From positions 124,001-188,000 of the forward strand of contig OZ025651.1 in the NCBI GenBank assembly GCA_964019335.1: a stretch of 64,000 nucleotides of DNA. The letters run 5' to 3'. The position numbers and the translations under genes were made by a program. The notes below the pieces were generated by a model, which was not told where the DNA came from, searched no databases, and saw only the letters and a list, made by a program, of their open reading frames with translations. Source of the stretch: Diplonema japonicum. Lineage: Eukaryota; Protista; Euglenozoa: Diplonemea. Every line of letters begins with the position of its first letter. The stretch's first letter is position 1. This document shows positions 10,601 through 20,482 of this stretch, one piece after another.

Positions 10601-13600
10601 GCTCGCGCGGTGAGTGACACATCCTGCGCACGCTCGTCATAGGGCCCTGAGGACACCTCGCGTATCAAATGTGTGAATGCAATCTCCCCTGCATCCTCTG
10701 CCGCTTTCAAAGCCACTCTCTCGTTATATGCTGATGAGAGCTGCAGCACGGGACAATTGTTCACACTAAGCACGGTGATCGTGAATAAGACCTCCTCTGA
10801 CGTGTCAGTTCCCCCACGCGCCGTCCCGCCGTCGTCCTTCACCCGCACTGACAGCTCCGCAGTCCCGTGTGCGTTGTCAGTCGGGCAGTAGGTCAGCACC
10901 CCGTTCTGGTCGATGGCAGGGAGGGTTTTGAATAAATTCTCATTCGTGTTCTTCATGATCGTGAGGTACGTGAGGACCTGAGCCGCTTCGTTGGCCGGTC
11001 CGGGAGTAGAAAACACGACCCATGGAAGGGAGTAGCAGGTGTTCTCCCATGAAACGACGGACCCGAGGGAGGTGAAGCTCGGCTGATCGTTGACAGGGTT
11101 AACCTTGATGTTCAGGATATGCTGCCGTGAAGCAGATGATAATGCCTCGCCATCGTCGAGGGTCACTGTCACGAAGGTGTCGCCAAACGCGTCCGGTTGC
11201 GTTGTGAAGGTCAGTCTCCCGTTGTCGGGCGAGACGGCACAGGATCGTATGATAGAGAGGTCGTTCGGGACACAGGAAAACTGCAGTGTCTGGCTTTGTT
11301 CATCAGACCCGACACCAGGGGAGATCCCCCTGGCCCAGTTCTCGACCACCACTGTACCGACATCCTCGTTCACTTCCATGTCAACACCGGCTATGAATGT
11401 TGGAGGTGTGTTCACAGGGATCACCCTGAAGGGCATCGGCGTGACAGTTCTGTCCTCGCAACCACCATCACGCCCACCGTCGTCCTGTAGCGTCACGTAC
11501 CAATCACGGACACCAGGGGTGTTCACGTTCGGGTTCAAACAGAATGACAAGACACCGTCCCGCGTAAGCCGAGGGGGCTCTCTGAACACATCGTTTCCAA
11601 TCGAGTTTGTGTCGATCGTGAAGGTGAGCTTCTGCCCCGCCTCGTTGTCCGGTCCAGGAGCAATGTTCATAGCGAAGTTGGGGTATATATGCGGGCAGCA
11701 GTCACCCTCATGCTTTGATGCCGTCTCTGTGTCGCACTCAGTAACAGACGTCGATAGCAGCGAGAGCGAAGGTAGGTCAAAGGTGGGCCTGTCATTGCAG
11801 GGCCTGATACAGATTTCGAACTTCTTCGGTTCTGATCTCCGGATGTCTGGAGCGTTACAGGAATCCACCAAAACAGCTGCGACATATGCAGTACCGAACT
11901 GGTCAGGGGCCGTGGCGAAGGTCAGCTCCCGCACGGATGAAGAAAACAGTGAAACAACAGGCAGAGCAGAGAACAAATGCGTGACATTCGGGGTGGAGAT
12001 CTCTATATTCTGACACCCTGGCGTCAGGCCCTGGAAAAACATCGGGAACCTGTGGGGCTGCCCAGGTGCATCTTCTCGAACACAAATTCTATCTGGTATG
12101 TCTAACGGACCTAGTTCTATGTTGGTTCTCACAATGTTGATGCAGAATACTTCTCGCTTTGTGTCAGATCCACCGCAGGTGTCTACCCCGCCGTCGTCTT
12201 TCAAAGACACTGTCACAATAGACGATCCATGGGCATTGGGACTCGGAGTGAAGTGCAGGTCACCAGTAGTAGGAGAGGAAAACCGGATCTCGGGCAAGGA
12301 TTCGAAGTTTTGCACTGGAGTGGTGTCAATGATCCAACGGAGGTTCTGCGAAGCCTCGTTGGGCCCACCACCTCGGGATATGTCGCGGATGAAGTTCTGT
12401 ATGCTTGTCTCGCCGGACCCGGCAGACACTTCAATGCACTCAGGGAACATCACGACGCTCGAGATTTGAAAACTGGGCGGGTCATTCTTTTGCTTCACAT
12501 TAATACGGACGTACGCTTTCGTGCCCACACGCATGTTCTCGGGCCCAGTGTCGGTGATGGTAACCAACGTGTTCGCAACCCCGTTCGCGTCGTCGCGAAG
12601 CGTGAAGCACAGTGTGCCCGTCGTGGCGTCCACAGCAGGGTTCACCTCGAACAGGTCAGGGTTGTCTGGCTCCGTTGTGAAGATTGGTATTTGCCCCTCC
12701 ATTCCCACCCCTACGCCTTCCCTAGGGGTTCCGGGGGTGATCTGCGTCGCCCAGTTCGGATAGCAGAAATATTTCGCGTCTTCGCAAACATAAATGTCCG
12801 GCCCAGGAGTGAACCGCGGGGGGTCGTTTTTGGGGACGATGGTAATGGTTAGAATAGGGCAGCTGTCCACAGGATCGCATGACAAGTCGCACGACGGAGG
12901 GGGGACACGGCCACCGTCGTCTTGGAGCTGAACGTAGTACTTGAAATCCCCTCCGAATGAGTTCACGTTAGAAAGCGCTTCGAATCTGAGATCACCAGTG
13001 TCCGGGTTGATGCTTGGCGGCTCTACAAACAGCGCTTGTCTTGTGGGATCCAACGGAACGAGATTGAACCAAAGATTCTGATCGACTTCTTCACCGTCAC
13101 CACCAGGGTGTATTTCTGCAGCGAAGCGTTGTGTTATTACCTGTCCGGCGTCTTCGTCGACTGTAATGTGGTAAGTGTCGGGGTCGTGCCTGCCGGGGAC
13201 CCATCGAGGACAGTCGTTGATGGGGAGAACCTTAATGGTGCAGCATATTGAGTTTCCTTGGTCGCATCCACCCTCTGCAACACCGCCGTTGTCCCTGATG
13301 GTCACGCAGAATTCGGATGTTCCAGTCGCACCGGGCCTCAAGTCGAAGCGGAGTGTTCCTGTTGATGGGAAGGCTGGGTCCCATTCAATATAAGGCTCTG
13401 TTGTGAACAGGCTGGGGTTAGATGTAGTGGTGGTGAAGGATATTGCTTGATCTGCTTCGTTTGGAGCGCCTTTGTTGATGCTGTAGGCCCAGTTTGCGAT
13501 GGCGATGTTGGTCTCGTCTTCGTTGACTTGCGTGTGGCACAGCGAGTCGAAGGACGGGCAGTCATTCACGCACGTGATGCATATCGTGAACCATTGTTCC

Positions 13601-14220
13601 AGAGACATTGTGCAGACGTCAGGGTTACACCCCCCGGGGCAGAATGGGATTCTTGTGGGCGACGTGATGCCCCCGTTTCCCCCCACCATGCAGTCCGGGA
13701 CACCATCGTCGATGAGCTGAGCGGAAACGGTGGAACACCCGCACTGGTTTCTCCTGCATTTAAACGTTAGCAGCGATATCCCGCCGCGGTCTTCAAGTGA
13801 AGTCGGCCCTGCTGTTCCATCTGTCGAAGTTAAATCGCCCCTTTCGCATTGCGGTTTGCCTGGGATCACGTAAGGGTTCGCAGGGTTCGCGCCTCCAAAG
13901 GGGCATATGGGTCCCCTCCCGTCTGTCATTGCAGGCTGGATCTCGAACAGCCCCGGTCTCTCTGCTTGCACCTCGAAGCGCAAGCTTTGTTGATATGAAT
14001 CATAAAAGTTATTTGGGTCTTGGCCGTCGCCGTCTGTTACCCTCGTGGCCCATTGGTCTTCCCAAGTGTCGCAATCTTCCCGCGCGTATACCAGCGGCCG
14101 TCCTGGAAAAAAACTTGGGTTGTGATTTCCCAGCTGACCTATACTCCAGTGATCGCACAGCACGGTGTGATTGCTCAAGAGAAGCTGCAGAAGGGACAGG
14201 GTGATGGTCACCCGCCGCAT
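7648..14220 (-). CDS. Giant type-I membrane adhesin-like protein with ~17 bacterial-type cadherin/Ig-like repeats
   Basis: Signal peptide from ATG 14220 (MRRVTITLSLLQLLL). Repeats of ~110-120 aa (VNDPPSF..EDAG..W...I..GP..E..Q.L.F...LF...P.....G.L.F.....G....V.L.DDGG). Single TM (LVVLILIPAVFLVVTGVAGTFLY) and a short tail. Intronless. Confidence 0.85.
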   Translation of the reverse strand: MRRVTITLSLLQLLLSNHTVLCDHWSIGQLGNHNPSFFPGRPLVYAREDCDTWEDQWATRVTDGDGQDPNNFYDSYQQSLRFEVQAERPGLFEIQPAMTDGRGPICPFGGANPANPYVIPGKPQCERGDLTSTDGTAGPTSLEDRGGISLLTFKCRRNQCGCSTVSAQLIDDGVPDCMVGGNGGITSPTRIPFCPGGCNPDVCTMSLEQWFTICITCVNDCPSFDSLCHTQVNEDETNIAIANWAYSINKGAPNEADQAISFTTTTSNPSLFTTEPYIEWDPAFPSTGTLRFDLRPGATGTSEFCVTIRDNGGVAEGGCDQGNSICCTIKVLPINDCPRWVPGRHDPDTYHITVDEDAGQVITQRFAAEIHPGGDGEEVDQNLWFNLVPLDPTRQALFVEPPSINPDTGDLRFEALSNVNSFGGDFKYYVQLQDDGGRVPPPSCDLSCDPVDSCPILTITIVPKNDPPRFTPGPDIYVCEDAKYFCYPNWATQITPGTPREGVGVGMEGQIPIFTTEPDNPDLFEVNPAVDATTGTLCFTLRDDANGVANTLVTITDTGPENMRVGTKAYVRINVKQKNDPPSFQISSVVMFPECIEVSAGSGETSIQNFIRDISRGGGPNEASQNLRWIIDTTPVQNFESLPEIRFSSPTTGDLHFTPSPNAHGSSIVTVSLKDDGGVDTCGGSDTKREVFCINIVRTNIELGPLDIPDRICVREDAPGQPHRFPMFFQGLTPGCQNIEISTPNVTHLFSALPVVSLFSSSVRELTFATAPDQFGTAYVAAVLVDSCNAPDIRRSEPKKFEICIRPCNDRPTFDLPSLSLLSTSVTECDTETASKHEGDCCPHIYPNFAMNIAPGPDNEAGQKLTFTIDTNSIGNDVFREPPRLTRDGVLSFCLNPNVNTPGVRDWYVTLQDDGGRDGGCEDRTVTPMPFRVIPVNTPPTFIAGVDMEVNEDVGTVVVENWARGISPGVGSDEQSQTLQFSCVPNDLSIIRSCAVSPDNGRLTFTTQPDAFGDTFVTVTLDDGEALSSASRQHILNIKVNPVNDQPSFTSLGSVVSWENTCYSLPWVVFSTPGPANEAAQVLTYLTIMKNTNENLFKTLPAIDQNGVLTYCPTDNAHGTAELSVRVKDDGGTARGGTDTSEEVLFTITVLSVNNCPVLQLSSAYNERVALKAAEDAGEIAFTHLIREVSSGPYDERAQDVSLTARADPTSAFTTQPFFSFESADTGWTLRATLAPDFYGGVAIFINGHDDGPASHPHCNTSTQIVMVIVVDPVNDPPTFTPGPAVTTVENAPGYVWPSWAQNITRGPPNEDYQRLRFTVTAENRGLFEVQPSVSIVNGDLSFKLNPNTHGLSKATVCLSDGHQADDVCITTTITVKPVEGSQGYTLDGVGALTITVLEDAGSTTIQKWIKSEETKLVNITTPGQFHSMFVQNPVLFESIPDYEGAIPSYGVKFHAKDNVFGTAELVLVVGDADIPFKLQITPVNDPPSFELLVTKVEATQSGSPRSFLAIANVTAGPGEDGTQTVSFAATSNPSDVVTARTDGARIFLTPKNKYGSGNISVVAKDSKGLEAVKTLSFVVSRVNHAPTFTPGPLKIQVDEDVGQVNIPWATGVSDPDGDLVSFTVEIPAADMALFDMLPTMSEEGRLSFTMKPHRHGTVQMAIRAWDSPGAGFVSMKTDSIQVVLEVRSVNDDPVVGVDPVWVAQEYLEVLEDSGETTFKGFLSNLSAGGWMEDMTQHLQVTVTPTSPGLFAVQPKVEFPGKDLTLTPALHQNGETVLSTAVVDALGGRAEIRIPAVVVAVNDPPIFYPNVLTIKTKEDSGFVRIANWASDMTPGPQDEQAQKIVFMTNITEGPLSIISSVQVSSKTGQLDITLNPDMFGIVVFSIKLHDDGGTLNGGRDASDEVIVTVDVQAVNDPPSFTLVSPVLQHVLGSSATIRTLAARNISPGPFEGGQGVSFIVSVSNQRFFASHGQPVLTPDGQLTFAASQDRIGNVTLEVIARDTENAVSAKQAIHITMLPPSTFVSIPFVIADGVSSESVQEKLTSLLGVAQGDVLVDAERSLLHFKSAAVLQRYTSLSTEALKGVGITVSLAPVSLPPSTPLPTARVVTTSDDSSVAPLVVLILIPAVFLVVTGVAGTFLYRHWSGKGAKPEPQHDHQDLQSSSPSPPPHDQNPIDRAFPSTEHDGYYYG

Positions 14221-14616
14221 GTTTTGTTCTTTTATATAATTTGTATATTGTCCCTCCCCTCCCCCACTCTTCCCTTTAACCCGCAAGAGATGTGTGAAAG
14301 TGGGAAAGAATAACGCCTCGTACCTCTAAACAAGCCGTCAAGCACCCTCCCCTGGAAATTGTTAGTTTCCAACAATGGCAGGAAACGAATTCTGTAACTC
14401 CCCTACAGGCACCTTGCAAAGGTTGTTAACCCCCCCTGGACTTAGCTTGACGGTCTGTAGAGATTCGAGGCGTTACTTTTCTTTAAAAAAAGAAACTCAT
14501 TTCTCTCTCTTGCGAGGCGCAAATAAAAGAAACACGTTTACGTCCAACACTGAAAGCCCCTGACTCCAAGATAAAATTCTTCTCTCTCCTTGATATCTAA
14601 CTCGGTGTTTCGGTGT

Positions 14617-14981
14617 TTACCAGGTGGGGTCCTTCGACTTCTTCCTGCCCTGGTCGGCCAGCTCGAAATGCTTGCACCTCTTGATCGACGTGAGTTTCAC
14701 TCTCTTGCACTTAGTGCACTGCAGCTTCAGGGAGATCTTCTTGGTGGTCTTGGCCTTCTTGTGGAACACAGGCTTGGTCTGGCCACCGAATCCCTTCTGC
14801 TTGGCATCGTAACGTCTCTTGCCCTGAGCGCAGAGTCTGGACTTACCAGTCTTGTACTGCACCACCTTGTGAGTGTTTTTTTTTTAAATTAAAGTAAAAC
14901 CCCCCTCCCTTGTACCTTGTGGTTGTGGTACGTGTCACAGTCCGCACAGTATGATTTCTTCGACTTCGGATAGTTCACCAT
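14617..14981 (-). CDS. RPL44: 60S ribosomal protein eL42 (L44/L36a); 2 exons, 104 aa
   Basis: Exon 1 [22 protein letters not shown] (14916-14981) plus exon 2 VVQYKTGK...[37 protein letters not shown]...IKRCKHFEL. Confidence 0.97.
14866..14915 (-). other. Spliceosomal intron, 50 nt, with an 8-bp direct repeat CACAAGGT at both junctions
   Basis: AAG|GTACAA...CTCACAAG|GTG. Removal restores the conserved HKVxQYK of eL42. Confidence 0.93.
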
Positions 14982-15089
14982 TTTTCTCTCTCTTTTTGAT
15001 AACCCCCTGAAAGATGCTTTTGTATTTCCTAAACAACCCTACCAGAAAAGAAAAGAAGAAAAAAAAAGGAGGAAACTGTAAGAAATATC

Positions 15090-15596
15090 TCACTTGTCGT
15101 CCATCGGCTTGATGCTTTTCAGGTCCTCTGTCACCTGCACGATTCCGGCAGCGAAGGGGTTGGGGTGCCCTGGGGGGAGGGGGTTTTCCTTCAAGGCCTG
15201 CTCAGGGTCTTCCGAGTCCTTGAGAGGGCAAGCAGCTAAGGGGTTTTGGGAGGTTCGTCGGGCAGCTGGTATTCCTATCTTTGCTTCTCGTATCACTGAG
15301 GCGGCTTCTTCTTTAGGAAGCACCAGTTTCCAATAGATCTCGTGTACCATCATTTGAATTTTGAGGTGCCAAACAAATTTTGTGTACTCGGGAATCCACA
15401 CAAAAGTCAAAAATCCACCGACCAGCAGGTACGGCCACCAAGTGAGCTTCTTCTGCTCAGCGTGCAACTCATCATCTGACATTTCTTGCAATTTTCTTTT
15501 TTCTTCGCCATTGTCTTTCTTCTCTCCGCCAGAACACCACCTCTTCGGCCCTAAAGCCGACCTCCTCAGCATGTTTCTTCGGAACACCGCCAACAT
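15090..15596 (-). CDS. Hypothetical mitochondrion-targeted membrane protein
   Basis: Arg-rich presequence MLAVFRRNMLRRSALGPKRWCS, one TM (WWPYLLVGGFLTFVWI), coding-like composition. Confidence 0.7.
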   Translation of the reverse strand: MLAVFRRNMLRRSALGPKRWCSGGEKKDNGEEKRKLQEMSDDELHAEQKKLTWWPYLLVGGFLTFVWIPEYTKFVWHLKIQMMVHEIYWKLVLPKEEAASVIREAKIGIPAARRTSQNPLAACPLKDSEDPEQALKENPLPPGHPNPFAAGIVQVTEDLKSIKPMDDK

Positions 15597-16390
15597 TTTT
15601 TTTTTTCTCTTGGTCTTAGTTTTCTGTTAGCATAGGAAGATGATGTCCGCAAGGGAGGGAGGGGGAATACATGACTTTCTTTCCCCCCTTCGTTTCTTTT
15701 TTCTTTTCTTTTCTCTTCCCTCCTTCTTTCTTTTTTTTTTCTAGTTTTTCTTTATAAAAAAAAATAGATATGAAAGGGTGGAGGGAGAGAAAAAAAAATT
15801 CAACAAATAAAAGAGAGGAATACAGAAGAGAGAAGACCAGGAAAAAGAGGGGAACTTTTACAATGAGGGGGGAGAGGCCATCGAGAGAGAAATTTTTCGC
15901 TTCTTCTTTTTTTTGTTACCTCACACCCCCACCTTGTTAGGGGATATTAGAAGGGTGAGACGTACGCGGACCTTTTAACGAATCTTTTGCGGGAAAAAAT
16001 GCATTCTAAAGTGCTTTTGACCATATATCCCCATTCACAAATCCAAAAGAAATATTGAGGAAACTACACACAATGGGACGGGTCCTTCCCATTCATTCAG
16101 AATATGTGGCCGCTTCAGAATGCAATTTTGCGAAAAACTAAAAAGAAAATGCCTTGTTAGTCTCACTGTTAACGGGGGGGGGGGGGGGGGGGGGGTTCCC
16201 TCCCCTTTCCCAAAACTTTCTTTTTCTCCCTTTTTTTTTAACTGTGTTCCCCCTTTTCTTATTATTATTCTTTTTTCCAGGAATAGAATAGACTCGCAAG
16301 AAGAAAAAGAAGGGAGGGGGAGAGAAAATAAAAAATGAAATAAAACAACAATCGACAGAATTAAAAGTGGCTTCACTTTTTTTCTACTTC

Positions 16391-19300
16391 TTAGTAAACG
16401 ATGTCAGAGTACGGACTGTAAGGAGAGGATGTGGCACCATCGACACCGGAGACCCCTCTGCCACGTCCCCGTGAGGACATGGAAGGTATCGCGGGTGCAG
16501 GTGAAGCCAGCGAGTATCGCCCGAAGTCAGGAATCTTAGCAGGGGTACGATACGGAGAGCTCCAGTGAGAATACTGCGCAGGTTCCTCAGCAGGCTGCGG
16601 AGGATTGTCACGGTAAGGAAAAAACGGAGCAGGAGAAGAGGGCGGGGTTTCCAACGTGGGGACAGGTTCCTTTTGAGGTGTTTCGGGAACCGGAGACGGC
16701 ATCAGTGCTTCCACCGGTACGGCTTGCACAGGAGACACAGCAGGGGCAGGGGCCGTAGCCTGGGGAGGCGGTGCGGAAATCATCTCCCTATCTTCCATGG
16801 GATGGTAGACCTGTGTTTCTTTGTATATTATCTCCTCATGCGTGTCATTGTTCTTCCGGATCATTAGACCTATCAGCACCCCGCAGCACAGCGCTGCGAG
16901 AATACCTGCAGCGATCGCTAGCCATGTCCAGTCAGTGCCGTCGTCGTCGCTTGGTGATGGAGTGGCGGGAGCGGGTGTTTGCGGAGCTGCGGTGGCTACG
17001 GGCGGCAACGTGTCGCCTGTGACCACCGGTGCAAACCGTGCAGGGCAGCCCTGATACAACGCATCGTCGTTCCCCATCAGCGCTGCGCAGTAGCTCATGC
17101 TGTTCACCTCCGAGGATGTGGCCTGACCGCCCTTTGCTGTCCCAGCCGTCACAGGAAAGCCATGCTCCTGCATGACTGAGCTTTCCAACTTCTTCGCTGT
17201 CTCCGCGGCAGTCGTGTCGTTCCCCAAATTGACCGCCACATCGACCCTATTCCCTGTTATCTGAACACCTGTGATGTCCCCTGGGGGGATGCCCAGCGTC
17301 CTACCAACTGCAACTTTGATCTCTTCCTCCTTGCCTTGCATGGGGGTTGAAGTACCGAGATCAAATGTCAGCTTTGCAGGGGTAGGCAGGCCAGGTAGTT
17401 TAGTAATTATAGTTGGAGGGCATGTCTCGGCAACGGTCAGTCGCAAAGTCCCAGTCACGCCTTTTTTTAGATCCGATGCGACACGCTGCTGGACGACGCC
17501 CGCTGCGGCGCTGCACGTGGTGTCTTTCGACGGGATGTTCACAGTTGCTGAGATCTGCGACCCACATTTCTGGTCCTCCAAGACTTGCACGTTGCGTATG
17601 TCCGACGTGGCAAAGCCCAGTACGGTCGCAAGCTTGGAACGCAGATCAGGGTTTCTTGCCTTCACAACGTCCGGCTGCTCAGCGACCGATATACCAAAGA
17701 CAACGGGCACAGGGCTAGCTATGGGCCGCACCTCAAAGGATTTTATCATGTACCCTAAAGCAGATAAGCGCGTGTCGACTGACACACCTTGTATCCTCAC
17801 TTGGTAGGCAGGGCCGGTAATCCCAACCTCAACCGTCCTGAAGATAACACTCACCTTCGTGCTGCTGCTCTCCTCCGTGGTTTCGAACTGGATGAGCCTC
17901 TCGGGTGTCATTGCCGCGATTTCAGTTTGAAGCCTTTCCGCATCCAGCCCCGTGTCCTCGATCACTATCGCTACCTCTGCACGGACCGCTGGGCCCCGCC
18001 CTACAGCTGTAGGGGTGGTGATTAAGTACCCTGCTTGCCTGAATAATCCAGACGTAGTTTTGGAAATGTCCTCATTTAAGAGGTTTAATAGTGCTGTCAT
18101 GAATGAGACAGTGACCTCGCCCTCCCGCTGAACTGTGAAGCTGCACTGTGTTGTTGTCGGTGTCAGGTCCAAGAACGTTGCAGGTGCGATCTCATGCTTG
18201 CTCACATTCAGCAGTTCTTTGAAGAGGTCCTCTACCTTGGGCTGCGCGGTGGTCGGCACTGCCACTCCACTGTTCGTAGTCATGATGACCTTGAGCAGCA
18301 CCTTCCCGAATGGCTCCAAGCAGATGTTATCTGCTGCTGGGTCGTCGATTTGACATTCTTTGAAGCTCACATCAATCGCCTTCCTGTCAGCGTAGCTGTT
18401 CGCATTGTCGTAGCTGATCATCACCGCGTCCTCAGCAGGGACAACACAGTCCTGGATCCCCATGTCAACTACCATCTGCTTTTTATACTCAGATTCATTG
18501 AAGTCAAGCGGGACGGCGACCTTGACCACCCCTGGGACAGGGGCCGCTGCTGTCCTCCACCACCACGTCGCTGTTTCAGTAAGTGTAACAGTGGCTGTCG
18601 GCGGCGGCGGGGTTGCGGGGCTATAAGTTGTCCCTGGCACTAGCGTGGCCTGTAGAATCCCTGGAGTTAAGGTTGGTGCCGCTGTGGCAGGTGCATTCGT
18701 TGGCGGGGCCATTGTCGTCCCCGGAACCAGTGTAGGCGGCACTGCCGTCGCAGGCGCCCCTGTCGGCGGTGCCAGGGTGCCCGTCAGAGGCTCGTACCCT
18801 ACACACCGCACGATGCCCTCCTCCTCTGCGTCCCACGCCTCTGTGTTTGTCCAGCATGTCCTTGATGTCCCCCAGCAACCAAGGTCTGAACACAGGTTCC
18901 TTGCACAGTCCCCTGAGCAGGCTCCATTTCCCCCGCACATTGCTGGGTACCTCATCTCACCCAGCGCGGCTAAAATGTTAACAGCATAATCGTTGATCGA
19001 ATGATACACCCCATTATACCCTACGGGGTACCCGCACCGCGCAGAGCCCTTTGTCCCCTTAGGCTTGTGGCACCAGCACTGCCCACCCACTGGGAGGTAA
19101 ACAGGAACGCAGTTAGCGGTAAAACAGTCTGTCGTTGTGGTTTGTTGGACAGCAAGCATACTTAATGGCGGTGGTGCAGGTGTCGGGATGGCTGTGGGAG
19201 GTGCAATTGTTGGCTGTGCTGTGGGTGGAGCCGCTGTCGGTGGAGCCGGCGTGGGGGGAGCTGGAGTAGGAGGAGCTGGGGTTGGTGGCGCAGGTGTAGG

Positions 19301-19768
19301 AGGGGCCGGAGTGGGAGGCGCGGGTGTAGGAGGAGCCGGGGTAGGTGGCGCAGGGGTAGGAGGAGCTGGAGTGGGAGGCGCAGCTGTAGGTGGCGCTGGG
19401 GTGGGAGGAGCAGCAGTGGGTATTGCAGTTGGTGGTGCTGCTGTTGGTGGGGCTGGTGTAGGTGGCGCTGGTGTCGGAGGCGCGGGAGTGGGGGGTGCTG
19501 CAGTAGGTGGGGCTGGAGTAGGCGGTGCTGGAGTAGGGGGAGCTGGAGTCGGTGGGGCTGGTGTGGGAGGCGCCGGTGTGGGAGGCGCTGGAGTAGGCGG
19601 TGCTGGAGTTGGTGGGGCTAGTGTGTCTGGTGCTGGAGTAGGCGGTGCTGGAGTTGGTGGTGCTAGTGTGTCCGGTGCTGGAGTAGGCGGCGGAGGTACT
19701 AACGTCGGGGGAGAAATCGTAGGGGCCGGCATGCCTGCACATGCACACAACAACACAAGATGTAACAT
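16391..19768 (-). CDS. Mucin-like type-I surface protein: PTPAP repeats, Cys-rich domain, TM, Pro-rich cytoplasmic tail
   Basis: ATG at 19768 ([12 protein letters not shown]), ~35 [10 protein letters not shown] units, Cys-rich segment, [24 protein letters not shown]. Confidence 0.85.
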   Translation of the reverse strand: MLHLVLLCACAGMPAPTISPPTLVPPPPTPAPDTLAPPTPAPPTPAPDTLAPPTPAPPTPAPPTPAPPTPAPPTPAPPTPAPPTPAPPTAAPPTPAPPTPAPPTPAPPTAAPPTAIPTAAPPTPAPPTAAPPTPAPPTPAPPTPAPPTPAPPTPAPPTPAPPTPAPPTPAPPTPAPPTAAPPTAQPTIAPPTAIPTPAPPPLSMLAVQQTTTTDCFTANCVPVYLPVGGQCWCHKPKGTKGSARCGYPVGYNGVYHSINDYAVNILAALGEMRYPAMCGGNGACSGDCARNLCSDLGCWGTSRTCWTNTEAWDAEEEGIVRCVGYEPLTGTLAPPTGAPATAVPPTLVPGTTMAPPTNAPATAAPTLTPGILQATLVPGTTYSPATPPPPTATVTLTETATWWWRTAAAPVPGVVKVAVPLDFNESEYKKQMVVDMGIQDCVVPAEDAVMISYDNANSYADRKAIDVSFKECQIDDPAADNICLEPFGKVLLKVIMTTNSGVAVPTTAQPKVEDLFKELLNVSKHEIAPATFLDLTPTTTQCSFTVQREGEVTVSFMTALLNLLNEDISKTTSGLFRQAGYLITTPTAVGRGPAVRAEVAIVIEDTGLDAERLQTEIAAMTPERLIQFETTEESSSTKVSVIFRTVEVGITGPAYQVRIQGVSVDTRLSALGYMIKSFEVRPIASPVPVVFGISVAEQPDVVKARNPDLRSKLATVLGFATSDIRNVQVLEDQKCGSQISATVNIPSKDTTCSAAAGVVQQRVASDLKKGVTGTLRLTVAETCPPTIITKLPGLPTPAKLTFDLGTSTPMQGKEEEIKVAVGRTLGIPPGDITGVQITGNRVDVAVNLGNDTTAAETAKKLESSVMQEHGFPVTAGTAKGGQATSSEVNSMSYCAALMGNDDALYQGCPARFAPVVTGDTLPPVATAAPQTPAPATPSPSDDDGTDWTWLAIAAGILAALCCGVLIGLMIRKNNDTHEEIIYKETQVYHPMEDREMISAPPPQATAPAPAVSPVQAVPVEALMPSPVPETPQKEPVPTLETPPSSPAPFFPYRDNPPQPAEEPAQYSHWSSPYRTPAKIPDFGRYSLASPAPAIPSMSSRGRGRGVSGVDGATSSPYSPYSDIVY
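19170..19700 (-). repeat. 15-nt coding tandem repeat encoding (PTPAP)n with synonymous diversification
   Basis: Periodic ggtgctggagtaggc-like units. Confidence 0.9.
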
Positions 19769-20482
19769 TTTCACCTCCCCCCCCCCCCCCCCCCCCCCCC
19801 CCTCGCCACTGCAATGCATCTTCAGGCGGCAACAGACAAGATGGTGAATAAAAGCGAAATCAAATAAAAAACGGGCTCGGGAAACAATAGGAGGAAGAGG
19901 AAGGGGGTTTTGTATTTCTTTTTCTTCTGCTTCTTTGAATTTCTCTACTTCTTTCTTTCGTTTAAATAAAAAAAAACCCTTTTAAAAAAGAAAGAAAATC
20001 ATATCTTGCGAGTGCGAGCCCTTGGAAGGTTGGGGAAACAAAAGGCTTTCTCTTTTTTTTTATATATTTCCCTATTCCTTCAATAATGTACAGCTGTATA
20101 AAAGGTGGGTAAAACGGAAAAGCAAAAGGAGTGGGGTAGACCAAGCAAACATCACATGCGCAATAACAAAGCTGCCATTATTATAAATAAAATAAAAAGA
20201 TGGAGAGAAAATATGGAAATACGAGGTGTTGCTTAAAAAAACAAAAAAAAAGGAGGGGGGAAGAAAGGAGGAGAAAACAGGGGGGAGGCAGGAGAAAAAA
20301 AAAAGAGACACTTTAAAAAAAAATACACAACATAAAAAAAAAAAAAGAAAAAAAACACACGCGAAAGAGTGAGAGGGATATATAAAAAAAGAGGGGGGGA
20401 GAAAAAAAAACTTTTTTTCAAACTATGTTAAAAAAAGAGGTGAAAGGGTGCCTCTTCAAAAAAAAAAAAATGGTATGTCTAT

